This document shows, piece after piece, positions 28,063 through 37,975 of a DNA stretch of 64,000 nt. Made by a program: the position numbers and the translations under genes. Origin of the DNA: an uncultured SAR86 cluster bacterium (GTDB lineage: Bacteria; Pseudomonadota; Gammaproteobacteria; Magnimaribacterales; D2472); contig CACBPT010000001.1 in the NCBI GenBank assembly GCA_902541245.1, forward strand, positions 21,433 through 85,432, read 5' to 3'. Each line of letters opens with the position of its first letter. Positions within the stretch are counted from its first letter, which is position 1. Under the pieces are notes generated by a model. It saw nothing but the letters and a program-made list of their open reading frames with translations, was not told where the DNA came from and ran no database searches.

Positions 28063-29044
28063 TTTAGGGACTCCTGACTCTCCATCATATCTTGATGTAT
28101 TTAAATACCTAAGAGAATTTCTTATGGATGGAAGAGTTATCGATATTCCTTCCTTTTTTAGATTTATTTTAGTAACTCTAATCATTTGTCCAATAAGATC
28201 ATTTGCATCAAGTAAAATATATAGAGAATTATGGGATCTTTCAGGCGGCGTTTCTCCCCTGTTCAAAAATACTGAAGAGTTAACTAAAAAATTAAATTCA
28301 AATCAAAATAAATACAATGTTCATTTTGCAATGCGTTATCAAAAACCAAGTATTAAAAAAGCTTTAGAAGAAATTAAAAAAACAAATCCCTCAGAACTCA
28401 TTGTTCTTCCCTTATTTCCCCACTATGCTTCAGCTACCACTGGTAGTGTTTTTCAAGAGCTTACTAAAAAGATCTCAAAAGAATGGGTTATTCCTTCTGT
28501 TAGATTCATATCACAATACTATGATCATCCTTCATTTATAAATGCATGGGTTGAAGCTGCAAATAATTTTAATCACCAGGATTATGATAAAGTAGTTTTT
28601 AGCTATCACGGCCTACCAAACTCTCAAGTAAATAAAGTTTATGTTGATAATCAATGTGATGGAAAAAATTGTGAGCATGAAGTTAATGAGGAGAATTATT
28701 ATTGCTATAAATCTGCGGTTTATGAAACTTCAAAGCTGATTGCAGAAAAGATTTCTCTTCCCAGAGACAAATATGATGTTACTTTTCAATCTAGATTAAC
28801 AAATAATTGGTTAGAGCCTTTTTCTGATGATGTTATAAAAAGTTATCCTGAGAAAGGTATAAAGAAAGTTCTTGTATTTTCTCCAGCTTTTACAGCTGAT
28901 TGCTTAGAAACTGTTATTGAAATTGGTGATGAATACAAAGAGCTTTTTATAAATGCAGGTGGCCAAATTCTTGATTATGTACCTTCATTAAATTTTTCAG
29001 ATGCTTGGGTTCAAGCTATCATAGACATTGTTGATAAAAAATAA
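28034..29044 (+). CDS. hemH: Ferrochelatase
   Basis: LLLINLGTPDSPS, FSYHGLP and PAFTADCLETVIEI. Confidence 0.9.
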   Translation: MNKPALLLINLGTPDSPSYLDVFKYLREFLMDGRVIDIPSFFRFILVTLIICPIRSFASSKIYRELWDLSGGVSPLFKNTEELTKKLNSNQNKYNVHFAMRYQKPSIKKALEEIKKTNPSELIVLPLFPHYASATTGSVFQELTKKISKEWVIPSVRFISQYYDHPSFINAWVEAANNFNHQDYDKVVFSYHGLPNSQVNKVYVDNQCDGKNCEHEVNEENYYCYKSAVYETSKLIAEKISLPRDKYDVTFQSRLTNNWLEPFSDDVIKSYPEKGIKKVLVFSPAFTADCLETVIEIGDEYKELFINAGGQILDYVPSLNFSDAWVQAIIDIVDKK

Positions 29045-29052
29045 GGATTGTT

Positions 29053-29931
29053 ATGTTTAAAGATGATTTATTAAAAGGAAAGAAAATTTTAGTAACCGGT
29101 GGCGGAACAGGTCTGGGAAAAGAGATGTCTGAGCATTATATTCAACATGGAGCTGAGGTTGTAATTTGCGGAAGACGAGAGAGTGTTCTTGCAGATACGG
29201 CTGCAGAATTTAAAGATAAATATGATGCTAGTGTAAGGTTTCAGCCCTTGGATATCCGTTCACCTCAGGATGTTGAAGATTTTGTTGAGACTATCTTCCA
29301 AGAAGGTCCACTTCATGGTTTAGTTAATAATGCTGCTGGTAATTTTATATCACCAACCAAGGATTTATCGGCAAGAGGTTTTGATGCAATTGCAAATATT
29401 GTTTTTCATGGCACATTTTATGTAACTAATGCTGTTGGTAAAAAATGGCTTGAGCAAAATATCAAAGGTTCAATTATTTCTATTCTTGCAACCTGGGTTT
29501 GGACAGGCTCTCCCTATGTTGTACCCTCTGCAATGTCAAAATCAGCTTTACATACAATGACTAAATCTCTTGCTGTTGAATGGGGTCCGTATGGTATTAG
29601 GATAAATGCTATCGCTCCTGGTCCATTCCCAACAGAAGGTGCCTGGGCAAGATTAAGTCCCGAAGGTGCTCTTGAGGATTCAGGTTCTATGAGCACAATT
29701 CCAATGGGTAGAGTGGGAGAAATGAGCGAATTACAAAATTTGGCCACTTTTTTAATGGCAGATGGCTGTGAATATCTTACAGGACAAACTATTGCATTAG
29801 ATGGTGCTCAGTATCTCTCAGGCGGAGGTACTTTTTCGCAGCTTTCAAAAATGTCTGAAGATGACTGGTCTCAAATTAGAAGCATGATAAAAAAAACAAA
29901 TGATTCAGATAAAGCAAAAAGATCGACATAA
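29053..29931 (+). CDS. SDR, 2,4-dienoyl-CoA reductase-like
   Basis: VTGGGTGLGKE, NNAAGNF and SAMSKSAL (DECR-like S..K arrangement). 292 aa. Confidence 0.75.
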   Translation: MFKDDLLKGKKILVTGGGTGLGKEMSEHYIQHGAEVVICGRRESVLADTAAEFKDKYDASVRFQPLDIRSPQDVEDFVETIFQEGPLHGLVNNAAGNFISPTKDLSARGFDAIANIVFHGTFYVTNAVGKKWLEQNIKGSIISILATWVWTGSPYVVPSAMSKSALHTMTKSLAVEWGPYGIRINAIAPGPFPTEGAWARLSPEGALEDSGSMSTIPMGRVGEMSELQNLATFLMADGCEYLTGQTIALDGAQYLSGGGTFSQLSKMSEDDWSQIRSMIKKTNDSDKAKRST

Positions 29932-29979
29932 CAAATCATATTTTGAATTGTTAGGCTAAAATAACTTAAAGAGGTAAAT

Positions 29980-31401
29980 ATGGAACATCAACAAATGAAA
30001 GAAATTTTAAACAAACAAAAAGCTTTTTTTATTAAAAATGGACCCCCGTCCTATGAATTGAGAATTGATAGGTTAGATAGGATGAAATCATTGATTATGG
30101 AAAATCGCTATAAAATTGTAGATGCATTAAATGAAGACTTTGGTGTCAGGTCTAAGAACCAGTCTATGGCTACAGATGTCTATACAATTGTTCCAAGCAT
30201 TGAATATGCTAAGAAGAATCTGAAAAAGTGGATGGCTGGCTCAAAAAGAAAAGCCAATTTTCCACTTGGATTTTTAGGAGCTAAAGCTTCCGTAGATTAT
30301 GAACCTCTTGGCACAGTTGGGATGATTTCTCCATGGAACTTTCCCGTTTTTTTAACTTTCTCACCTGCTGCATCAATTTTTGCTGCTGGAAATCAGATTA
30401 TGCATAAACCAAGTGAGTATACAGAGCAGACATCGGCTTTGTTAAAAGAATTATGTGACACTGCTTTTGATGAAGAAGAATTCGCAACAATTCTTGGAGG
30501 CCCTGATGTAGGTGCATCTTTTACAAAACAAAAGTTTGACCACCTTTTATATACAGGCAGTGGCGCGGTAGCAAAACATATTATGAAAGCTGCTTCTGAA
30601 AATTTAGTTCCAGTTACACTTGAACTTGGGGGCAAATCTCCTGTCATAGTCAGCAATTCTGCCGATAGTGCAATTGCTGCAAAAAGAATTATGCTCGGTA
30701 AAACAATGAATGCTGGTCAAATTTGTCTAGCTCCAGACTATGTTATGGTTCATTCAGATAAAAAAGACGAACTGGTTTCTGGCATGAAAGAGGCTGTTGC
30801 AGAGTTTTATCCTGATCTAAAACATAATGATGATTACACCTCAATTATTAATGAGAAACATTATGATCGATTGCAGGGTCTTCTTAGTGACGCAAAGGAG
30901 AAGGGCGCCTATATTGATGAGATTAATCCTGCTAATGAGGATTTTTCTCAGCAAGAGGCATTCAAAATTCCCCCAACTCTTGTTATGAATCCCACTGATG
31001 ATATGGAAATCATGAAGGAAGAAATTTTTGGTCCATTATTGCCTGTCAAAGAGTTTTCTGAGGTGGATGAGACTATTTCTTACGTTAACGCTAATGATAA
31101 ACCCTTAGGATTGTATTATTTTGGGTCTAATAAAAATGAAGAGGACCGAGTTTTATCCAGGACTTCCTCAGGAGGCGTAACTATTAATGATGTTTTAGGT
31201 CATATTCAGCAAGAAGATCTTCCGTTTGGTGGTGTAGGGCCTTCAGGAATTGGGAGCTATCATGGGGAAGAGGGTTTCAAGACTTTTAGCAATGCAAAAG
31301 CAGTCTATAAACAAATTGGCTCTCGGTTTGACAAGCTTTTATCTGCAATTCGTCCTCCATATAAAGGCGATATCGAAAAGGTGTTAAAACAAATCACCTA
31401 G
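29980..31401 (+). CDS. Aldehyde dehydrogenase (ALDH3 / coniferyl- or fatty-aldehyde dehydrogenase-like)
   Basis: ELGGKSP, catalytic Cys in GQICLAPDY, and EEIFGPLLPV. SD AAGAGG lies upstream. Confidence 0.88.
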   Translation: MEHQQMKEILNKQKAFFIKNGPPSYELRIDRLDRMKSLIMENRYKIVDALNEDFGVRSKNQSMATDVYTIVPSIEYAKKNLKKWMAGSKRKANFPLGFLGAKASVDYEPLGTVGMISPWNFPVFLTFSPAASIFAAGNQIMHKPSEYTEQTSALLKELCDTAFDEEEFATILGGPDVGASFTKQKFDHLLYTGSGAVAKHIMKAASENLVPVTLELGGKSPVIVSNSADSAIAAKRIMLGKTMNAGQICLAPDYVMVHSDKKDELVSGMKEAVAEFYPDLKHNDDYTSIINEKHYDRLQGLLSDAKEKGAYIDEINPANEDFSQQEAFKIPPTLVMNPTDDMEIMKEEIFGPLLPVKEFSEVDETISYVNANDKPLGLYYFGSNKNEEDRVLSRTSSGGVTINDVLGHIQQEDLPFGGVGPSGIGSYHGEEGFKTFSNAKAVYKQIGSRFDKLLSAIRPPYKGDIEKVLKQIT

Positions 31402-31406
31402 TATCT

Positions 31407-32645
31407 ATGAACACATTGCCTATTTACTTGGGCTACAAGTACTTTAGATCTAAAAAAGGCGCTTTCGCGTCTTTTACTTCATTAATGGCAATTGCAGGAT
31501 TATCTTTGGGGGTTGCAGCTCTAGTTATAGTTTTGTCAGTTATGAATGGATTCGAAAAGGAATTACAAACAAGAGTGCTTGGAGTAGTCCCTCAATTAGT
31601 TATTCGTTCGGATAATAATATTGATAACTATGATCAATTGCTCAGTGATATAAGTAATTCAGCCGATGTCATAGGGGTTAGTCCTTATATTGAAACCCAA
31701 GGTTTAATGAGTGCAAAAAATAGATCGAGAGGGATTTTTTTAACCGGCATAAAACCAGAAATTGAATCAACTATGTCAATTCTTCCAGAGTTTTTAATTG
31801 ATGGATCTATGAAGAGTCTTACTTCTAAAAATGGAATCATTATAGGCGCTTGGTTGTCGAGATATTTAGGAGTAGGTGTTGGCGAGACTGTAAGTATCAC
31901 AACAACAAACCTTCGTTCATCTATTTTAGGAACATTTCCAAGAACTATTACTTTAGAGGTAACGGGAATATTTGAGCTCAAAGCGGAGCTAGATCAGTCC
32001 CTTGTTTTAATTCATCATGATTTAGCAGCAAATATTATTAACCTTGAACCAAAATCAACCCAAGGAATCAGAATAAAAACAAATGATTTGTTCGCAGCAA
32101 ATTCAATTGGCTTTCAATTATTAACTCAATCTGTCTTTGACAATAATGATTATTACTTTACATCATGGCAGCAGACTCACGGAACATTATTTCAAGCTAT
32201 TAAATTAGAAAAAAGATTAATTAGTTTGATGCTTTTTTTAATTATTACAGTTGCTGCCTTCAATATCTTGTCTACTATTGTTATGACAGTTAAGACAAAA
32301 GAAAAAGAAATTGCAATTTTAAAAACTATGGGTTGTTCAAAATATCAATTAACTTTAATTTTTATTAATCTAGGTTTCATAATTGCTTTTACGGGAATAT
32401 TACTCGGTTTAATAATTGGTCTAATAGTTACACCGAACATTAATGAGCTTATTAATTTTATTGAAAATTTTAGCAATAGAAGCCTAATGGATAGTTATTT
32501 TATTAATTATTTTCCTTATGAATTTAGACTGACTCAGCTTGTATATATATGTTTATCTGTTTTGACTATGAGTTTGATTTTTTCTTATTTTCCAGCTGCA
32601 AGAGCAGCTAAATTAAAACCTGTAACAATCCTTCGCCATGAATAA
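31407..32645 (+). CDS. Lipoprotein-release ABC transporter permease (LolC/LolE family); the only one at this locus
   Basis: MacB-type fold: TM1, a periplasmic domain of about 200 aa, then an FtsX-like C-terminal 3-TM bundle. N-terminus LGYKYFRSKK. Confidence 0.85.
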   Translation: MNTLPIYLGYKYFRSKKGAFASFTSLMAIAGLSLGVAALVIVLSVMNGFEKELQTRVLGVVPQLVIRSDNNIDNYDQLLSDISNSADVIGVSPYIETQGLMSAKNRSRGIFLTGIKPEIESTMSILPEFLIDGSMKSLTSKNGIIIGAWLSRYLGVGVGETVSITTTNLRSSILGTFPRTITLEVTGIFELKAELDQSLVLIHHDLAANIINLEPKSTQGIRIKTNDLFAANSIGFQLLTQSVFDNNDYYFTSWQQTHGTLFQAIKLEKRLISLMLFLIITVAAFNILSTIVMTVKTKEKEIAILKTMGCSKYQLTLIFINLGFIIAFTGILLGLIIGLIVTPNINELINFIENFSNRSLMDSYFINYFPYEFRLTQLVYICLSVLTMSLIFSYFPAARAAKLKPVTILRHE

Positions 32646-33315
32646 GCTTGTAGCAACAGATATATTTAAGGCTTTTAAGACTGGAGCTTACCATGCTCAA
32701 GTTTTGTCTGATATATCAATTGATATTATTCAAGGGGAGACAATTGGAATTATTGGATCGTCAGGAAGTGGCAAAACAACTCTCCTTCAAATACTTGCTG
32801 GATTAGAATTTCCAGATAGTGGCGAAATTTTTTTTAATGACATTAATTTGTCAATAAATAATGCTAAGCAATTTAGTATGATGAGGAATAAATTATTTGG
32901 TTATGCATATCAATTTCACTACTTGTTAGATGATCTTACTGTTTTTGAAAACTGTAATCTTGTTTTTCAGATATCAAACAGTAAAGATATCAATAAAAAC
33001 TCACAAAAAATATTTGAAACTCTGCATGAACTTGGTATAGATAAATTACAAAATAATTATCCCTACATGCTATCAGGTGGAGAAAGACAGCGTGTTGCTA
33101 TTGCAAGAGCTATTGTTCATGAGCCTATCTTTATATTAATGGATGAACCAACAGGTAATTTGGATCATGAAAATGCAGATGTAATTCAAGATTTAACAAT
33201 AAAATTAGCGAAAGATCATAATATAGGTATTATGGTTGCAACTCATGATTTAAATTATGCTAACAAATTAGATAAAGTATTTCGCATAGAGAATGGGAGC
33301 TTAGTATCAAAGTAA
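32638..33315 (+). CDS. lolD: Lipoprotein-release ABC transporter ATPase
   Basis: Walker [10 protein letters not shown], signature [14 protein letters not shown], Walker [12 protein letters not shown]. Confidence 0.85.
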   Translation: MNKLVATDIFKAFKTGAYHAQVLSDISIDIIQGETIGIIGSSGSGKTTLLQILAGLEFPDSGEIFFNDINLSINNAKQFSMMRNKLFGYAYQFHYLLDDLTVFENCNLVFQISNSKDINKNSQKIFETLHELGIDKLQNNYPYMLSGGERQRVAIARAIVHEPIFILMDEPTGNLDHENADVIQDLTIKLAKDHNIGIMVATHDLNYANKLDKVFRIENGSLVSK

Positions 33316-33316
33316 G

Positions 33317-33919
33317 ATGAATAATTTATTAATATCTGGGGGATGGTTTGTATGGCCTTTGCTTGTGTGTTCAATTCTGCTTATTTCCATTGTTTTAGAA
33401 AGACTTTGGTTTTTGCAAAGAAGGTTAGTTGCTCCAAAGGGTTTGCTTAGACAGGTTAAAAATCTTATCGAGAAGGACTCATTTCATCTTCAAAATCAGC
33501 AAGATATTTCAATTACATCTCATCTTGGAGACTTACTTCAACATTGTCATCAATACAAATCAAATCCAAGAGAGTTTGTTGAAGTTAAGGCTGAAGAAAA
33601 AGCTTCTGAAATTAAAATACTACTTGAACGAAATCTATCAATGTTGAGCACTATTGCAAGCATAAGTCCTTTATTAGGGCTTTTAGGAACTGTAGTAGGT
33701 ATGATTAAAGTATTTAGTAATATTGATATTAATGGTTCTGCAAACACAGATTTATTAGCAGTTGGTATATCAGAGGCTTTAATTACTACTGCGTTTGGAC
33801 TTATCATTGCTGTTCCAGCAATAATATTTTATAGATATTTCGATCAAAAGACTTTGATTTTAATGTCAATATTGCAATCAAATACATCTATTTTTCTGGA
33901 CTTTTTGTACAAAAAATGA
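33317..33919 (+). CDS. MotA/TolQ/ExbB-family proton channel
   Basis: Three TM segments with [11 protein letters not shown] and [16 protein letters not shown]. Confidence 0.8.
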   Translation: MNNLLISGGWFVWPLLVCSILLISIVLERLWFLQRRLVAPKGLLRQVKNLIEKDSFHLQNQQDISITSHLGDLLQHCHQYKSNPREFVEVKAEEKASEIKILLERNLSMLSTIASISPLLGLLGTVVGMIKVFSNIDINGSANTDLLAVGISEALITTAFGLIIAVPAIIFYRYFDQKTLILMSILQSNTSIFLDFLYKK

Positions 33920-34320
33920 AGTTTTACAATAATAAAGATAGAGCATTATCCGTCGAAATTACACCACTGATTGATATTGTTTTTTTACTTGTAATTTTTT
34001 TTGTCGTTACATCAAAAATTGAAACCAATCAATATCTCACCCTAGATTTACCTAAAACTGAATCTTTTGCATCTACAATATCAAACAATACACAAAACAT
34101 TATTCTGTTAGATTCAGGAAAACTCATTGTAAATGACCAAGAATTTTCTATGACAGAGATTGATCTATTAATAGCTGGTGTTAACGCAAGTTTTTCTAAA
34201 TCCGAGGTTGTAATTCTTTCAATCGAGAGTAAAGCCTATCATGAATGGGTGATCGCATTGATGGATGGCTTGCAGCAACTTGGATTTCAAAACCTGCAGA
34301 TTAAAACTTATAATGATTAG
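33916..34320 (+). CDS. ExbD/TolR-family biopolymer transport protein
   Basis: [19 protein letters not shown]-terminal TM motif. ATGA overlap with the upstream gene. Confidence 0.8.
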   Translation: MKFYNNKDRALSVEITPLIDIVFLLVIFFVVTSKIETNQYLTLDLPKTESFASTISNNTQNIILLDSGKLIVNDQEFSMTEIDLLIAGVNASFSKSEVVILSIESKAYHEWVIALMDGLQQLGFQNLQIKTYND

Positions 34321-34322
34321 TC

Positions 34323-37079
34323 ATGAGCCCCTTAAAAAGATTATTCTCATATACTTTAAGATTTAAATTTTCATTTTTTTTAAGTATTTTAGGTTTTATT
34401 CTTTTTGCATCTGCTGATATTGCAGCTGTTGAATGGATAAGAAGAATTATTGAATTTATTAATTCCAATCAACAAGATTTCAGCATTTACCTTGTTTTAG
34501 CATTAATTTTTATCGCAGCAGGAAGGGGCTTAGGTTTCTTTGTTGGTAATTATTTCATGTCAAGAGTAGGTTTTGGAATTGTGCATGATTTAAGATCCGA
34601 GCTTTTTTCAAAATTAATTAATCTTCCAAAAACTTACTTTGACCAAAACCAGTCTGGTCAACTTATTAATAGAATTACTTTTACGACTACTCAGGTTTCT
34701 GGAGCTGCATCAAATGCAATCAAGACTCTTGTAAGGGAAGGATTTCTTCTTGTTGGATTGTTAGTATATATGCTCACATTAAATTGGAAGCTTACCTTGC
34801 TTTTGTTAATTACAACTCCCTTTATAGCATTGATTGTTTATGTAGCAGGACGAAGGCTGAGAAAATTAGCTAAGACCATTCAAACTGCTATGGGTGATGT
34901 AACTCATGTTGCATCTGAGGCTGTCGATGGGAATCTTGAGATAAAATCATTTAATGCAGAAAAATATGAAAAAGATAGATTTTTTGATGCCAATGCCTCC
35001 AATAAAAATCAAAATTTAAAATTAGAAGCCACAAGTAATCTGGCTACTCCAATTATTCAACTTTTAGTCTCAATTTCTTTATCAATAGTGGCTTATTTTG
35101 CTTTAGGCTCTCAATTAGGTATAGAGTTGAAAGCAGAGGATTTTGTTGCATTTATAACTGCTGCTGGATTAATGGCTAAACCAATTAGGCAGCTCTCAAA
35201 TATTAATGCAGTTATACAAAAGGGTTTAGCAGCAGCATTAGAGATATTTGATCAATTAGATGAAAAAGATGAAGAAGATTCAGGCAAAGTTGATTCAAGC
35301 ATCCTTGGAAATATTAAATTTTCAGATGTCAGTTTTTCATATAACTCTAAGGAATTTGTTCTGAGCAATTTAAATTTTGAAATTTCTCAAAACGAAACTG
35401 TTGCCATTGTAGGAAAGTCAGGATCTGGAAAATCAACTATCGCAAGTCTAATATCTAGGTTTTACTCTAATTACTCAGGCGATATCTCTATAGATGGTAT
35501 TAGCATTCATGATTATAAGCTATCACATCTTCGTAGATATATTTCAATTGTTAACCAATCACCAACATTATTTAATGATACCATCGAAAAAAATATTGCT
35601 TATGGAGAAAATGATATTGATCAAGATAAATTAATTGAAGCCGCTGAAATTTCAGGTTGCAATGAATTCATTTCTAAACTTCCTGAGGGTTATAAATCTG
35701 AAATTGGCGATGATGGTGTTCTTCTCTCTGGTGGTCAACGTCAGCGAATAGCCATAGCAAGAGCATTCTACAAAGATTCGCCTATTATCATTTTGGATGA
35801 GGCCACATCTGCATTAGATAATGAATCTGAATTAATAGTTCAAGAAGCAATTGAAAAGTTAATAAATAACAGGACTACAATCGTAATAGCTCACAGACTT
35901 TCTACCATTGAAAATGCCGATAAAATTTTAGTGATTGATAAAGGTTCAGTGGCTGAATCAGGTACTCACTCAATATTGTTAGATCAAGACGGAATCTACA
36001 AAAGTTTGTACCAAAATAAATTTAATGATTCAGATGACATAGACAAGTCTTCAAGAGGAATTGTAAGGCAGGAGCATCTTCCAACCTTTACAGAAGAACC
36101 TGTTGAGCAGGGTTACTTAATTGATGCATGGTATAGAAAAAGTTTTTGGCTTTATCTCTTAACACCTTTAACTTTTTTATTTACTTCTTTTATAAAATTC
36201 CGAAAAAAGTCATATATAAAAAACTCAAAAAAAGTTTGGAATTCTCCTGTTCCAATAATTGTTGTTGGAAATATTTCAATGGGTGGTACTGGAAAAACTC
36301 CATTGGTAAAATTTATTGCTTCTGAATTGTCTAAACGTGGATATAAACCAGGATTAGTAAGTAGAGGCTATGGTGGAAAATTTTCAACAACACTTGAGGT
36401 TACTAATGATAGTACTCATAAAGAAACTGGAGACGAGGCTCAGATTTTAGCCAAATTAAACCTACCATTTTTTCTTGATAAAAATAGATCAAGAGCTGCA
36501 AAGAAACTTCAAGAAAATTATGACGTTGATGTCATAATCTCAGACGATGGGCTTCAGCATTATGCAATGGGGAGAGATATTGAGATTGCTGTTATTGACG
36601 GAGTTAGAAGACTTGGTAATGGTTTTGCATTCCCAGCAGGCCCATTAAGAGAACCAAAATCAAGATTAGATGAAGTTGATTTTATCATTAATAATGGAGG
36701 TCCCACAGAAGGAGATGAAATTTTAATGACTCTAAGTCCTACTAAATTTGTTCATTTAAATTCTGGTAAAGAATATTCTGTTGATAAGTGGCCGATGCAT
36801 AATCAGGTTCATGCTCTTGCTGGAATTGGAAACCCTAATAGATTTTTTGACTTACTATTAAGGTTAGGATTTGAGTTTGATAAAAATCCATTTCCAGATC
36901 ATCATAAATACAGCAAAAGAGATTTGTATTATCTCGATCACCTCCCGATACTTATGACTGAAAAAGATGCAGCCAAATGTAAGCATTTTAAAAACTCTAA
37001 GATTTGGTATTTAAGCATTGAGTCTAAAATAGAGTCACAGTTTATTGATACGTTAGTGGAAAAATTAAATGATAGATAA
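34323..37079 (+). CDS. msbA-lpxK: Fusion protein: lipid A ABC exporter MsbA (N-terminal, about 570 aa) plus tetraacyldisaccharide 4'-kinase LpxK (C-terminal, about 320 aa)
   Basis: One uninterrupted frame. The MsbA part has GKSGSGKST, LSGGQRQR, IIILDEATSALD and IAHRLST. The LpxK part has FWLYLLTPLTFLF, VVGNISMGGTGKTP and DDGLQH. Confidence 0.85.
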   Translation: MSPLKRLFSYTLRFKFSFFLSILGFILFASADIAAVEWIRRIIEFINSNQQDFSIYLVLALIFIAAGRGLGFFVGNYFMSRVGFGIVHDLRSELFSKLINLPKTYFDQNQSGQLINRITFTTTQVSGAASNAIKTLVREGFLLVGLLVYMLTLNWKLTLLLLITTPFIALIVYVAGRRLRKLAKTIQTAMGDVTHVASEAVDGNLEIKSFNAEKYEKDRFFDANASNKNQNLKLEATSNLATPIIQLLVSISLSIVAYFALGSQLGIELKAEDFVAFITAAGLMAKPIRQLSNINAVIQKGLAAALEIFDQLDEKDEEDSGKVDSSILGNIKFSDVSFSYNSKEFVLSNLNFEISQNETVAIVGKSGSGKSTIASLISRFYSNYSGDISIDGISIHDYKLSHLRRYISIVNQSPTLFNDTIEKNIAYGENDIDQDKLIEAAEISGCNEFISKLPEGYKSEIGDDGVLLSGGQRQRIAIARAFYKDSPIIILDEATSALDNESELIVQEAIEKLINNRTTIVIAHRLSTIENADKILVIDKGSVAESGTHSILLDQDGIYKSLYQNKFNDSDDIDKSSRGIVRQEHLPTFTEEPVEQGYLIDAWYRKSFWLYLLTPLTFLFTSFIKFRKKSYIKNSKKVWNSPVPIIVVGNISMGGTGKTPLVKFIASELSKRGYKPGLVSRGYGGKFSTTLEVTNDSTHKETGDEAQILAKLNLPFFLDKNRSRAAKKLQENYDVDVIISDDGLQHYAMGRDIEIAVIDGVRRLGNGFAFPAGPLREPKSRLDEVDFIINNGGPTEGDEILMTLSPTKFVHLNSGKEYSVDKWPMHNQVHALAGIGNPNRFFDLLLRLGFEFDKNPFPDHHKYSKRDLYYLDHLPILMTEKDAAKCKHFKNSKIWYLSIESKIESQFIDTLVEKLNDR

Positions 37080-37233
37080 AGATATTCTCGATCTAATGGG
37101 ATGTATTAGGTGCAAATCTAAATTAATTGATAAGGAAAAATACCTTGAGTGCTCTAGGTGTAACATTGGTTACCCAATTGAAGAAGATATACCAAGAATG
37201 CTTGAAGAAAGAATATTTACTTTGAATGACTGA
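37069..37233 (+). CDS. Trm112/YcaR-family small zinc-ribbon protein (54 aa); not in the supplied ORF track
   Basis: My own translation: MIDKDILDLMGCIRCKSKLIDKEKYLECSRCNIGYPIEEDIPRMLEERIFTLND. It has CxxC...CxxC plus the IPxML tail. It overlaps the msbA-lpxK stop by 11 nt and the kdsB start by 8 nt. A ycaR-type gene sits between lpxK and kdsB in other gammaproteobacteria. Confidence 0.7.
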   Translation: MIDKDILDLMGCIRCKSKLIDKEKYLECSRCNIGYPIEEDIPRMLEERIFTLND

Positions 37234-37975
37234 TCGTTTTGTAATTATCGTTCCAGCTAGAGCTGCTTCGACCCGTCTACCAAATAAACCTATGATGCCA
37301 ATTCACGGCCGGTCACTCATTTCACGAATCATAGATTTAGCTCAATCATCCAATGCAATAAATTCATATATAGCAACAGATAGTATTGAGATAAAGAATC
37401 ATGCAGAATCGCTTGGTGCTAATGTTGTAATGACTTCTGACAAACATGCTTCTGGCATGGATAGAATTGCCGAAGCTGCAAAAAAAATAGATCTTCCTTT
37501 GGATACTCTAATTTTAAATTTACAAGGTGATGAACCCTTCATGCCTTTGCAAATTATCAATAAATTGCCAATGCTTGTAAGCAAAGATGCTCCTATAACA
37601 ACAGCATGTGTTAGCTTTAATGAAAATATGGATATCAACAATCCCAATGAAGTTAAAGTTGTAAGATCAAAATCAAAAAAAGCTATTTATTTTTCACGTT
37701 CAGTTATACCAAATTCTTTCACTTTTGATTATAAAAATTATTTAAAGCATTTAGGAATCTATGCTTATACCAATGAAACACTGCAAGCCCTAAGTAAATT
37801 GGACCAAACTGAAAATGAAGAAACAGAAAGACTAGAGCAATTAAGATTTTTAGATAACGGATTTAATATTTATGTCGAAGATTTTGAATTTGATGCTCCT
37901 ATCGGAATTGATACACCAGACGATTTGGAAGCAGCGATAGCTTTTGCCAAAGAAATGACTGATGATGCTAACTAA
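37226..37975 (+). CDS. kdsB: 3-deoxy-manno-octulosonate cytidylyltransferase (CMP-KDO synthetase)
   Basis: IIVPARAASTRLPNKPM, NLQGDEPF and EQLRFLDNG. Confidence 0.9.
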   Translation: MTDRFVIIVPARAASTRLPNKPMMPIHGRSLISRIIDLAQSSNAINSYIATDSIEIKNHAESLGANVVMTSDKHASGMDRIAEAAKKIDLPLDTLILNLQGDEPFMPLQIINKLPMLVSKDAPITTACVSFNENMDINNPNEVKVVRSKSKKAIYFSRSVIPNSFTFDYKNYLKHLGIYAYTNETLQALSKLDQTENEETERLEQLRFLDNGFNIYVEDFEFDAPIGIDTPDDLEAAIAFAKEMTDDAN

